DNA of 64,000 nt, from contig OZ219816.1 of assembly GCA_964291235.2 (NCBI GenBank), positions 800,001 to 864,000 of the forward strand, in the 5' to 3' direction. Every line of letters begins with the position of its first letter. The stretch's first letter is position 1. The DNA is from Vicinamibacteria bacterium (GTDB taxonomy: Bacteria; Acidobacteriota; Vicinamibacteria; Marinacidobacterales; Marinacidobacteraceae). Below are positions 1 to 8,312 of this stretch, piece after piece. The notes below the pieces were generated by a model. It was not told the DNA's origin. It saw nothing but the letters and a program-made list of their open reading frames with translations, and searched no databases. The position numbers and the translations under genes were made by a program.

Positions 1-1867
1 CCAGGTTCAGCGAGGAGTAGCTGAGGATGAGTTTCCGCGTGGCCGCCCCCACTCCGATCCGCAGCCGGAGGCGCTCGCGCTCGGTCAGGTCGCGACGCAC
101 CGGGAGACTTTCCGAAATGGCCTCCCGCTGCCGGTCGAGGAGCATCGGATCTTCGCGAATGACCCGGGGAAAGGCCCTTTCGGAGAGGCCGGGAATCGCC
201 ACCACGTCGAAGCTGAGGCCGCGCGCCCCCTCGATGGGCCCCACCCACACACGGCCATACCGGCTACCGCTGGAGCGGGTGACAACTTCGGCGAGGCGCC
301 GCGCCAGGCTCTCCCGCACTTCGTCCAGGGTTACCTCCGCCACGTCGCGCATGGGATCGGTTTCCCGAAGGCAGTCGAGGACTCCCTGAGGGTGCACGAG
401 CGCGGCGCGCGCCAGGTCTTCAAGGTGGAGCGCCCATTCGGAAAAGCGGGCGTGCGGAGCGGGGAAGGCAGCCAGCCGGCGCAGGATGGGCAGGGCGGTC
501 CCGGCCAACCGGCGGAGATCATCCCGGCGCCGGCGCAGGTGCTCCCGCCGCGCGGCGTCCGTTTCCGCCTCCTCGTCGCGCTGCAACCGGTCGTCGAAAC
601 GGGCGAGCCGTCCTTCCCAGCGGTCGAGCCCGCCGATGACTTCCGAATCGAGGATGAGCCGCTCCCAGCGCCGCGGCGCCACGAAACCCGGCATTCCGGG
701 CGGGCCCTTGCCGCCGGCGCCGGGGGCTTCCGGGGAGGTAACGGGGGTTTCCCCGAGCGAGAGGTACTCGGCGAAACGGGTGGCGGGCAGTCCCTCGCGC
801 GCACAGTCGAGGAGCACCAGGAAAGCGCGCCCCGCCGGGTGGGGCCGGCGGGCGCCCGCCTCGAAAAATGCGGGGACGCGGGCGCGTTCCAGAGCTTCCT
901 GAAAGGCCGGCGCCTGAGCTCGGGGTTCGGGAAGAAGAACCGCCATGCGGTCGAACCGGAGGCCGGCGGCCGCTTCGCTCAGGAAGGTACGGGCGTGTTC
1001 GATCGCCTCTGCTGCGGTTCCGGGCGCTGCAATCACGCTCAATCCGGTGCGTTCCACCGCCGGGTGGGGCCGGCGCGCGGCGAACAGGTGGCGCTGGGCC
1101 GAAGCGACGGCATCTTCCGAGGAATCGTCCGGGGGTTGGGTGTCCACGGAAAGCGGCTGGGCGCCGAGCGCCAGCGCGGCCTGTTCCGCAGCCAGATCTC
1201 CCTCGGGTAGCGTGAGGAAGGCCTCGGGCGCGGCCTCCGTCAGGGTCCGCGCGAAACGCCCGGTGACCGCGTCCGAAAGCGGCACATCCAGCAACAGGAG
1301 CGGAAACCCCACCGGAGGGCCGGCGCCGTGGGCGATCCGCCGCGTGGCGGCGGCGAACGTTTCCGCCCGGTCCGCGAGCCCTACTTCCGCCAGCGTTTCG
1401 AGGTAGGCCGCGTAGAGGACCCCGAGGGACGGTTCCCCTTCCGCCACCCGCGCGGCCGGGATTTCCGCGAGGCGCAACTCGTCGAAGGTCGAGGCGAGCC
1501 GCGCCGCGAGCCCGGGCCCTTCGGCGGCATCCCGGAACCGACCCAGCCGTCCGCTCCGGCGGGCCTCGTGAACGACCCGGACGACCGCTGCGAGCCGCGC
1601 GGCGGGGGTGAGCGCCCGGAGTCCGCGCGCCGTGAGTTCCTCGCGAGCGAGCCGCTGGGCGAGGCCGAAGAGACCGAAGCGATAGGCGCCCAGGAGCCCA
1701 TTCCGGAGGCCGCGTTCCTCCGCGGCCTCGTGGACCAGCCGATCCGCGGCGTAGCGACCCGGCCCGACTACCAGGAAGGGAACGCCCGCACCGAGGCCTT
1801 GAAGGAACTCCCTGGCCGCCTGGGTGCGGACCTCCGCTCGCGGGCTCTTGAGGTAGCGGCTGCTCAT
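1..1867 (-). CDS. AddB/RexB-like ATP-dependent nuclease subunit (PD-(D/E)XK family), runs off the window edge
   Basis: Not in the ORF track. Translated by hand in segments from ATG 1867 (MSSRYLKSPRAEVRTQAAREFL...SVIAAPGTAAEAIEHAR...RRPHPAGRAFLVLLDCAREGL...RFAEYLSLG...RKLILSYSSLNL); the first and last segments share one frame. Resembles AddB-type inactive helicase scaffolds; the nuclease domain would lie outside the window. Confidence 0.7.
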   Translation of the reverse strand, partial: MSSRYLKSPRAEVRTQAAREFLQGLGAGVPFLVVGPGRYAADRLVHEAAEERGLRNGLLGAYRFGLFGLAQRLAREELTARGLRALTPAARLAAVVRVVHEARRSGRLGRFRDAAEGPGLAARLASTFDELRLAEIPAARVAEGEPSLGVLYAAYLETLAEVGLADRAETFAAATRRIAHGAGPPVGFPLLLLDVPLSDAVTGRFARTLTEAAPEAFLTLPEGDLAAEQAALALGAQPLSVDTQPPDDSSEDAVASAQRHLFAARRPHPAVERTGLSVIAAPGTAAEAIEHARTFLSEAAAGLRFDRMAVLLPEPRAQAPAFQEALERARVPAFFEAGARRPHPAGRAFLVLLDCAREGLPATRFAEYLSLGETPVTSPEAPGAGGKGPPGMPGFVAPRRWERLILDSEVIGGLDRWEGRLARFDDRLQRDEEAETDAARREHLRRRRDDLRRLAGTALPILRRLAAFPAPHARFSEWALHLEDLARAALVHPQGVLDCLRETDPMRDVAEVTLDEVRESLARRLAEVVTRSSGSRYGRVWVGPIEGARGLSFDVVAIPGLSERAFPRVIREDPMLLDRQREAISESLPVRRDLTERERLRLRIGVGAATRKLILSYSSLNL

Positions 1868-1922
1868 GCCCCCACTATAGGACCGGGGCGGTGACAAATC
1901 CCGTCCGGTCGCAATGGGGCCA

Positions 1923-2954
1923 TCAGGCGTGCGGAAGCCCACGCGTTGCCACGCGAAACCACATCCGGAGAGCGAAGTCCCAGCGGGCCAGGACGCTCGT
2001 CACCACCACCACGGCGCCGACGCTGAACGGGGACACCCGCACGTTCCGGCCGCGGCGGAAGGAGCGCGCCGTATGCACCCGCCGGAGCGCGAGCAGGGCC
2101 ATCCCCAGCGCCCACAGCAGGTGCCGGCGGATCCCGGTCTCGCGGGCAGGTATGAGCAGGGTGAATTCGAGGGCGTCCCCGAGGTGGCGCCGGGTGATTC
2201 CCACCAGTTGGGACAGCCCCGCCGCGAAGCCCGGAGCGTTGCCGCCGGCGCCAAGGTCGCTCAGATCGAATCCCGCCGCGTCGAACACGGTTCGCGGAAG
2301 CCAGCAGGCCCCCTGGGCCCGGTCATCCCACAGGTCCTTGAGGATGTTGGCCATCTGAAGTCCCTGAGCATGGGACCTGGCGAGCGCAACCAGTTCCTCG
2401 CGGCGCTCCCCGACGGCCGACGAGTAGTCGCAGAACAGCTCCACCAACATTTCGCCGACGACGCCGGCGGCGAAATAGCAGTAGCGGTCGAGCTGCGCCA
2501 TGTCCTTCAGGCCGATGGAGGGCGCATCCTGTTGGAACTCGACCATGCCGTGCGACATGGTCCGGATGCAGCGCTCGATGGCCATTCGCTGCCTCGGGCC
2601 AAACCCGGCCGTCACACGTACGACCCGGGCCGTGTTCGCGGCGAGGTGGTGCTCGGCCTCGGCGGTCGCCGGGGAGAGCGCTGGCGTCAGGTCGCCGGCG
2701 AAGGCGGCGGCGTCTTCTTCCCCGGCCACCACCCCGACGAAGCGCGTCCAGAGCGCCTGTTTCCGGGCGCGGGAAAGTTCCGGCTCGTCCTCGATGGTGT
2801 CCGCAATCCGGCAGAGCAGGTAGGCATTCCCCACTACGTCCCGCAGGCCCTCGGGCAGCACCGGAATCGTGAGCGCGTAGGTGCGCGAGACGGACTGCAG
2901 GATCTCCCGCTGGTAGGCCAGATCGCAGTCCGGGCCGGCTGGGGACGACCGCAG
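1923..2954 (-). CDS. Squalene/phytoene synthase family, single-enzyme squalene synthase type
   Basis: Motifs YQREILQSVSRTYALTI (flap), LCRIADTIEDE, LDRYCYFAAGVVGEML, GLQMANILKDLWDD and CWLP. The conserved N-terminus lies upstream of the track's GTG at 2861. Start tentatively placed at CTG 2954, which has GGAG 6 nt upstream. Confidence 0.88.
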   Translation of the reverse strand: MRSSPAGPDCDLAYQREILQSVSRTYALTIPVLPEGLRDVVGNAYLLCRIADTIEDEPELSRARKQALWTRFVGVVAGEEDAAAFAGDLTPALSPATAEAEHHLAANTARVVRVTAGFGPRQRMAIERCIRTMSHGMVEFQQDAPSIGLKDMAQLDRYCYFAAGVVGEMLVELFCDYSSAVGERREELVALARSHAQGLQMANILKDLWDDRAQGACWLPRTVFDAAGFDLSDLGAGGNAPGFAAGLSQLVGITRRHLGDALEFTLLIPARETGIRRHLLWALGMALLALRRVHTARSFRRGRNVRVSPFSVGAVVVVTSVLARWDFALRMWFRVATRGLPHA

Positions 2955-2966
2955 TTCTGACTCCGT

Positions 2967-4181
2967 CTACCAGGTCTGTGTTTCGTCGGAGTGCAGCTTC
3001 GGCGGAAGACGGTAGGAGATCAGCGGATCGCGGAGCTCGGAGTTGTCCACGAGGGCGGTGAATCGGTCCACCTTCACCTTCGCTTCCCAGCGCGGCACCA
3101 CGCTGCGCAGCCGCTTCGCCAGGCGGCGTTTGGTCCGCAGGTACCAGAGCAGCCCCCAAGTGGACTGCGCCGGGTAGTTGATCTGGTCGGCGAGTTCGTC
3201 GCCGATGAGGGCGCGGGAAACGCGGTACACATAGTTGGCGAGGTTCTGCCGGTCCCTGGGCTTGTGGATGCCGATCACGACGGGCGCTGAATTGACCAGA
3301 GCGTTCGCTATCACGATGCCTTCCATGGTCGGCCGCGGCTCGCAGGCGATAGCAATCCGGCAGAGATCGAGCGCCTCCGCCTCGCTCCTGAACAGGATCG
3401 TTTCCGGAACGCCCATCAGGTATGCCGAGTAGCGCCAGATCTGGACGAACGCTTCGCTCTCCTCCGCCGTCGGCTCGGCGCCGAGCCGCTTCGCTGCCTC
3501 GATCACCCGCGCGGAGAAGTTGGCCGCCGCGAGCGCCACGTGACCGATATGGATCGGCACCCCGACTTCCGCCTCGTCCCACTCCTCGGATCTCCTCAGG
3601 AAGTATCGAACCTGGGCGTGGATGAGCCGGATCCGGACACTCAGTTTCCAACCCTCGCCGTAGCGTTCGAGTCCCCCCGGAATCATGATCTCGATGAGTT
3701 GGCGGATGTTCTGCCGGAGCCGGCGGACCCCGTGGTCCGTCAGCCTCCCGGTCATGAAGAACGACTTGCTGATGAGGGTGGTGAAGCCCCAGACGATGCT
3801 CGATCCCACCAACGCCTGGACGTAGAGATCCGAGTCGGCATGGAACGCCCGGCATCCCGGACAGACCGCTCGCGAATCGAACCAGTCCGGCTTGTCGGAA
3901 CTGAATTCCATGAGCTCCCTGAGTTCCGCCGACGCGTCCCGAAAGCCGGCCTCGTCCTCCTCCATCCCCGCCGTGATGATCTCGTGGACCCGTTTCTGGG
4001 GCATGCCGACCATGGACTCGACCGCCGCATCCGCGAGCGGGTCCCCCTTCGCCGTGTGCTTGATATAGCGGCGCGCCGCCTCCGGATCGGTCCAGCGCGC
4101 CTTCTCGTAGCCGGTGCGGTACGCGGTCGGAACAACGATCTCCGGAGATCGCGGTGCGGATCGCTCCTGGCGCGTGGACAT
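2967..4181 (-). CDS. MpaB/Lcp-like oxygenase family protein (DUF2236, rubber oxygenase catalytic domain)
   Basis: GDPLADAAV, PDWFD, TGRL...RRL, GGLERYGEGWKLSVRIRLIHAQVR (heme His motif), W...GVPI, WRYSAYLMGVPE. Confidence 0.82.
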   Translation of the reverse strand: MSTRQERSAPRSPEIVVPTAYRTGYEKARWTDPEAARRYIKHTAKGDPLADAAVESMVGMPQKRVHEIITAGMEEDEAGFRDASAELRELMEFSSDKPDWFDSRAVCPGCRAFHADSDLYVQALVGSSIVWGFTTLISKSFFMTGRLTDHGVRRLRQNIRQLIEIMIPGGLERYGEGWKLSVRIRLIHAQVRYFLRRSEEWDEAEVGVPIHIGHVALAAANFSARVIEAAKRLGAEPTAEESEAFVQIWRYSAYLMGVPETILFRSEAEALDLCRIAIACEPRPTMEGIVIANALVNSAPVVIGIHKPRDRQNLANYVYRVSRALIGDELADQINYPAQSTWGLLWYLRTKRRLAKRLRSVVPRWEAKVKVDRFTALVDNSELRDPLISYRLPPKLHSDETQTW

Positions 4182-4229
4182 GCTATGACCGACCGAATCG
4201 ACCGGAATGACCGAAACGCCCGAAGTGGC

Positions 4230-4490
4230 CGCGCGAACTGTATACCTGACTCATTTCGACGTACGCCCTTGGCTATGGCGGGACCGGACGCTATCTCTTC
4301 CCCGCGGCAACCCGAAGCCGGCGCCAGCCATGCTGTAGCGGGCGGGAACGATGAGCGGAGTCAACGGGATAGCGAAGGCGGGCGACCTCGGCGAAGCACT
4401 CCCGGGAGGCGCGCTTGCCCGCCGCAAGGCAGGTCCGGCTCGTCTTGGATGGTGTCCGTGATGCCGCATCGCAGATAAGTGTTTCCACCG
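4230..4490 (-). pseudogene. Chimeric relic: squalene-synthase fragment joined to an RND last-helix fragment (copy A)
   Basis: 4431-4489 reads GGNTYLRCGITDTIQDEPDL versus VGNAYLLCRIADTIEDEPEL at 2776-2833. About 4310-4380 reads AFAIPLTPLIVPARYSMAGAGFG versus RND AFATLVTLLIVPALCSLADDAFG. Aligns with 7951-8195. Confidence 0.8.
4236..4250 (-). promoter_or_regulatory. Conserved 15-mer GTCAGGTATACAGTT with a TACAGT -10-like hexamer upstream of the oxygenase gene
   Basis: Identical to 7957-7971. About 55-65 nt upstream of the start codon in both places. Confidence 0.5.
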
Positions 4491-4611
4491 GCCCCGCCAT
4501 GCCGCGTCAGAGGCAGGGGCCGCTGGAAAACGGCCCAATGGAGACGCAAGCGAGAGCACGACTAGAGTAGTCGAATAGGGGTGGCGATTTCGGGACTCTC
4601 AACAACATTCA

Positions 4612-4710
4612 ATGATGAAAGCGCGGCTTTCTGAGAACGGCGGCTGGCCGGCGGGTTCCGCGAACTGCGCGCGAATACCTCGATGAGCACGGGATCGACG
4701 AATCGCTGGT
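4612..4710 (+). pseudogene. Possible remnant of a third FAD oxidoreductase paralog
   Basis: MMKARLSENGGW resembles MTRPRFPESGEW at 8313. REYLDEHGIDESL (4670-4708, another frame) resembles GEYLERLGAPESL. Sits at the equivalent position after the duplicated spacer. Confidence 0.4.
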
Positions 4711-4730
4711 TAGTCCGAGCAGGCCCCGCG

Positions 4731-7700
4731 TCACCGTAAGGAGTGCCGTCCGCCGGCGGCAAGGCTGTATAGGGCCGGGACGATGAGAAGCGTCACGAAC
4801 GTGGCGAAGGCGACCCCGAAGGCGAGCGAGGCGGCCATCGGAATGAGGAACTGCGCCTGGATGCTGCGTTCGGCCATCAGCGGCGCGAGCCCGGCGAAGG
4901 TAGTCACCGAGGTAAGAATGATGGGGCGGAAGCGAAGGGGTCCCGCGGCGAGCAATGCCTCCCGGGTGGACGCCCCGTCGCGGCGGGCCCGATTGACGAA
5001 GTGGAGCAGGACCAGGGCGTCGTTCACCACGATCCCCACGAGTGGGACCATGCCGAGGAAACTCGGCATGGAGAGTTCGACCCCCATGATGACGTGGCCA
5101 AAGATGGCGCCCGCGAGACCGAACGGCACCGCGGCCATGATGACGAACGGCTGGATCCAGGAGGAAAGCGGAACGGCAAGCAGGACATAAATCAGGATCA
5201 GGGCGAACAGCAGGTGCCGCCTGAGGGCCTCCAGGGTTTCGGCCTGGTCCCCGGCAAGGCCGACAACTTCGAACCGGAGGTCGGGGAACCCCTCCTGAAG
5301 TTGCGAGAGCCCTCGACTGCGGAGATCGCTCAACAGGGCTCCTGCGGAGGCGACGGCCGGGTCTACGTTGGCGTGGACGGTGACCGCCCGTCGGCCGTCC
5401 ACTCGGTGGATCAGGGCCAGCCTCTCGGTTCGGACGACCTCCGCGACCCCGCCGATGGGCGCCGCCACCCCATCCGCCCGCCGCACCCGCATTTCCGTCA
5501 CGCTCTCCGGGCGGGTCCGCTCGCTCGCCGGGTATCGCAGCAGAATCCGGATCTCGTCGCGACCCCGCTGGATTCGCTGGACCTCTTCCCCGTAGAAGGC
5601 CTGGCGGAGTTGCTTTCCGAACTCGGCCGCGCCGATGCCGATGCCGGCGCCCTCGGAGCGGACTCGCGCGACCAGTTCCGGGGCGCTCCCTTCAAGGTCG
5701 TCAGTAACCGCAATGACCCCCCGGTATTCGTCGAACAGCGCCCGGAGCGCCGCCGACCCGTCCCGGAGGCTCGCCATCGTGCTCCCGCTGACCCGAACCG
5801 AGATGTCCGCCCCCTCTCCCAGGAACGAGGTCACGACCGCGACCTCCGCGCCGTGCGGCAGCGAACTGGCAAGGGCGCGCAGCCGGTCGCCAATCTCGCG
5901 GGTCGTGAAGCCGGTCCGCCGCTCGGGGGGGATGAGTTCCAGCACCACCTGGCCGATCGTCGTCCCGGCGCCGCTCCCCGACCCTCCGAAGACGCCGCCG
6001 CTCGGATCGGCGGCCAGCCGCTGCCCCACGATGGCCGCCAGATTCTGCTGCGGGTCCACACCGTACTCCTCGCGTATCTGTTCGCGAATCCGGGCAACGG
6101 CGGCTTCGAGTTCCGCGACCGCTTCCGCCGTGGCGCCGGCCGGGGAACCCGGCGGCAGCGAAACCTGGGCGGTCACCAGATCGCTGTCGAACGGAGGGGT
6201 CGGCTCCACCGGCACCCAACCCCCAGCCACCAGACCGCCCGCCAGGGAGAGGGCCCCGATCCCCAGCGCGACCGTCGCCAGCCGGTTGCGCAGTGACCAG
6301 GCGAGGGCGGGGCGGTAGCAGGTGTCCCGGGCCCAGGCGAGCGCGCTCTGAAGTGCCGTCCGGAGGCGCGCCAGGCGGGGGTTGCCCCGGACCGCGAGTC
6401 CGCCGTGGGCGAGGTGGTGGGGCAGGATCCAGGCTGCTTCCAGGAGCGAGAAAGCGAGCACCGGAATCACGATGCGGGGGAGCGTCCCCATGAGTTCGCC
6501 CCAGATTCCCGGCAAGCCCAGGAGCGGTGCGAACGCCGCCATGGTGGTCAGGACGCCGAAGGCCGCCGGAAAGAGCACCTGCCGTACTCCCTGGACGGCA
6601 GCCTCCTCGGCGTCCGCATTCCCCGTGGAGGCATGGCGTTCGACGTTTTCTCCGACGATGATGGCGTCGTCCACGACGATCCCCAGGGTCAGGATGAACC
6701 CGAAGAGACTGATCATGTTGACCGTGACCCCGAGCCCCGGCATCATCAGGAACGCGCCGAAGAACGCCACCGGAAGCCCGGCGGCGGTCCAGACGGCGAG
6801 CCGGCTCGACAGGGTGAAAAAGAGGACGAGGAAAATCAGCGCCAGCCCCTGAAGCCCGTTCCGGACCAGCACGTCCATCCGACTCTCGAAGAGTTGCCAG
6901 GCGTCGAACCAGGTACGGACCGAGAGTCCTTCCGGCAGGGCGCTCTCGACGGCGCGGATCTCGGCATGGACCGCGTTCGCGGTGTCGAGGAGGCGCGCGC
7001 CGGGAGCCAGCATCACCTCCATCAGCACCGCGGGCTCCCCGTTCATCCGCGCCGCCCGCTCCACATCGGCGAAACCGTCGGTTACGGCCGCAATGTCCCC
7101 AACTGTGACCACGCCGCCGCCGGGCGATGCGATCAGCGCAATGCCGGCGAAGTCCTCGGCGGTCAACGCCTCCGCCTGGGTGCTCACCCGCAGCTCTCCG
7201 CTGGCCGCGCGGATTGCGCCACCCGGGACGTCGGCCGAGCCGCGGCGGATGGCGGCGGCGACCTGGTCGAAGGTGAGCCCGAAGCGGGTGAGGACTTCCT
7301 CCGGGATCTCTATGGAGATCTCGTAGTCCCGCCCCGTGACGATCTCGACCCTCGCCACTCCGGTGACGGGGGCGAGCGCGTCCCGGACGCGGTGGGCGGC
7401 CTCGGTAAGCGTGCGCTCATCCGCTTCGCCGTGCACCGCAATCCGGAGCAGGAAGCGGTTCGGGACCACCTCCGAGATCACCGGTTCCTCGGCGTCCTCG
7501 GGGAGCGTGGTCGAAGACTCCACCCGCTCCCGAACCTCGTCGCTCACGCTCCGGAAGTCGGCCCATCGCTCCACCTCGATCGTGAGGACCCCGAGTCCCT
7601 CGGCCGCCACCCCGGCGACCTCCTTGATCCCCGAGATGTCGCGGAGGGCCTCCTCCAGACCGAGGAGAACACCCTCCTCGACGACTTCCGCCCCCGCGCC

Positions 7701-7895
7701 CGGGAAAACGGTCCTCACGGTCAGGGCCGAGGATTGCGTCTCGGGGATCATCTCCTGCGGAATCCCGGAGGCAACGAGGAGGCCGCCCAGCGAAATTCCG
7801 AACAGCAGGAGATTCGCTGCCACCCGGTTTCTGACGAACCAGGAAATCACGCCCGCGAGCGAGCGCGTTCCCACGGACGACGAAGGCGTTTCCAC
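4731..7895 (-). CDS. RND efflux permease, AcrB/AcrD/AcrF family (paralog 1)
   Basis: WFVRNRVAANLL, GIVVDDAIIVGENV, GIVVNDALV, RFRPIILTSVTT. Start moved to GTG 7895 (VETPSS, matching MDTPSS of paralog 2, with GAGGG upstream). Confidence 0.93.
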   Translation of the reverse strand: METPSSSVGTRSLAGVISWFVRNRVAANLLLFGISLGGLLVASGIPQEMIPETQSSALTVRTVFPGAGAEVVEEGVLLGLEEALRDISGIKEVAGVAAEGLGVLTIEVERWADFRSVSDEVRERVESSTTLPEDAEEPVISEVVPNRFLLRIAVHGEADERTLTEAAHRVRDALAPVTGVARVEIVTGRDYEISIEIPEEVLTRFGLTFDQVAAAIRRGSADVPGGAIRAASGELRVSTQAEALTAEDFAGIALIASPGGGVVTVGDIAAVTDGFADVERAARMNGEPAVLMEVMLAPGARLLDTANAVHAEIRAVESALPEGLSVRTWFDAWQLFESRMDVLVRNGLQGLALIFLVLFFTLSSRLAVWTAAGLPVAFFGAFLMMPGLGVTVNMISLFGFILTLGIVVDDAIIVGENVERHASTGNADAEEAAVQGVRQVLFPAAFGVLTTMAAFAPLLGLPGIWGELMGTLPRIVIPVLAFSLLEAAWILPHHLAHGGLAVRGNPRLARLRTALQSALAWARDTCYRPALAWSLRNRLATVALGIGALSLAGGLVAGGWVPVEPTPPFDSDLVTAQVSLPPGSPAGATAEAVAELEAAVARIREQIREEYGVDPQQNLAAIVGQRLAADPSGGVFGGSGSGAGTTIGQVVLELIPPERRTGFTTREIGDRLRALASSLPHGAEVAVVTSFLGEGADISVRVSGSTMASLRDGSAALRALFDEYRGVIAVTDDLEGSAPELVARVRSEGAGIGIGAAEFGKQLRQAFYGEEVQRIQRGRDEIRILLRYPASERTRPESVTEMRVRRADGVAAPIGGVAEVVRTERLALIHRVDGRRAVTVHANVDPAVASAGALLSDLRSRGLSQLQEGFPDLRFEVVGLAGDQAETLEALRRHLLFALILIYVLLAVPLSSWIQPFVIMAAVPFGLAGAIFGHVIMGVELSMPSFLGMVPLVGIVVNDALVLLHFVNRARRDGASTREALLAAGPLRFRPIILTSVTTFAGLAPLMAERSIQAQFLIPMAASLAFGVAFATFVTLLIVPALYSLAAGGRHSLR

Positions 7896-7950
7896 TGGGG
7901 TTCCCTCGAACCTGAGGTGGTCCGACTGCTGGCGAATCTCCCGGACCGAC

Positions 7951-8195
7951 CGCGCCAACTGTATACCTGACGCATTCCGGCGTATGCCTTGGCCATGGCC
8001 GGACCGGGGCGGGAACGGGCGCTGACTCCTGCCCCAGCAACGGGGATCCGTCGTCAGCCAGGCGTTAGAGACCGGGAGCGATGAGCAGGGTCACCAGGGT
8101 GGCGATGGCGAGCGACCTGGGCGAAGCACCCCCGGGGCGCGCATTTCCGCGTCGTGGGAAAGGTCCGGCTCGGCGTGGGTGATATCCGTGACGTG
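7951..8195 (-). pseudogene. Chimeric relic: squalene-synthase plus RND last-helix fragments (copy B)
   Basis: 8051-8109 reads AIATLVTLLIAPGL*RLADD and matches 11386-11444 at about 43 of 59 nt by hand. 8157-8191 matches the synthase DTIEDEPEL region. Colinear with 4230-4490. Confidence 0.8.
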
Positions 8196-8312
8196 GTGTA
8201 ACAACCAGCCGTTTTCAAGGGCTCTTCGATATCTCATGAGTGGCACCAGTCATTCAGTAAAGGCACAATAGAGAGATATCTGCAATGAAAATCCTGGAAT
8301 TGGAACCAATTC

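Noticed and set aside
2967-2969. Pyrrolysine or genome-wide recoding of TAG
   Set aside because: No pyl genes are seen, and TAG ends several ordinary genes here (uvrB, hpt, lolD, bamA, miaA).
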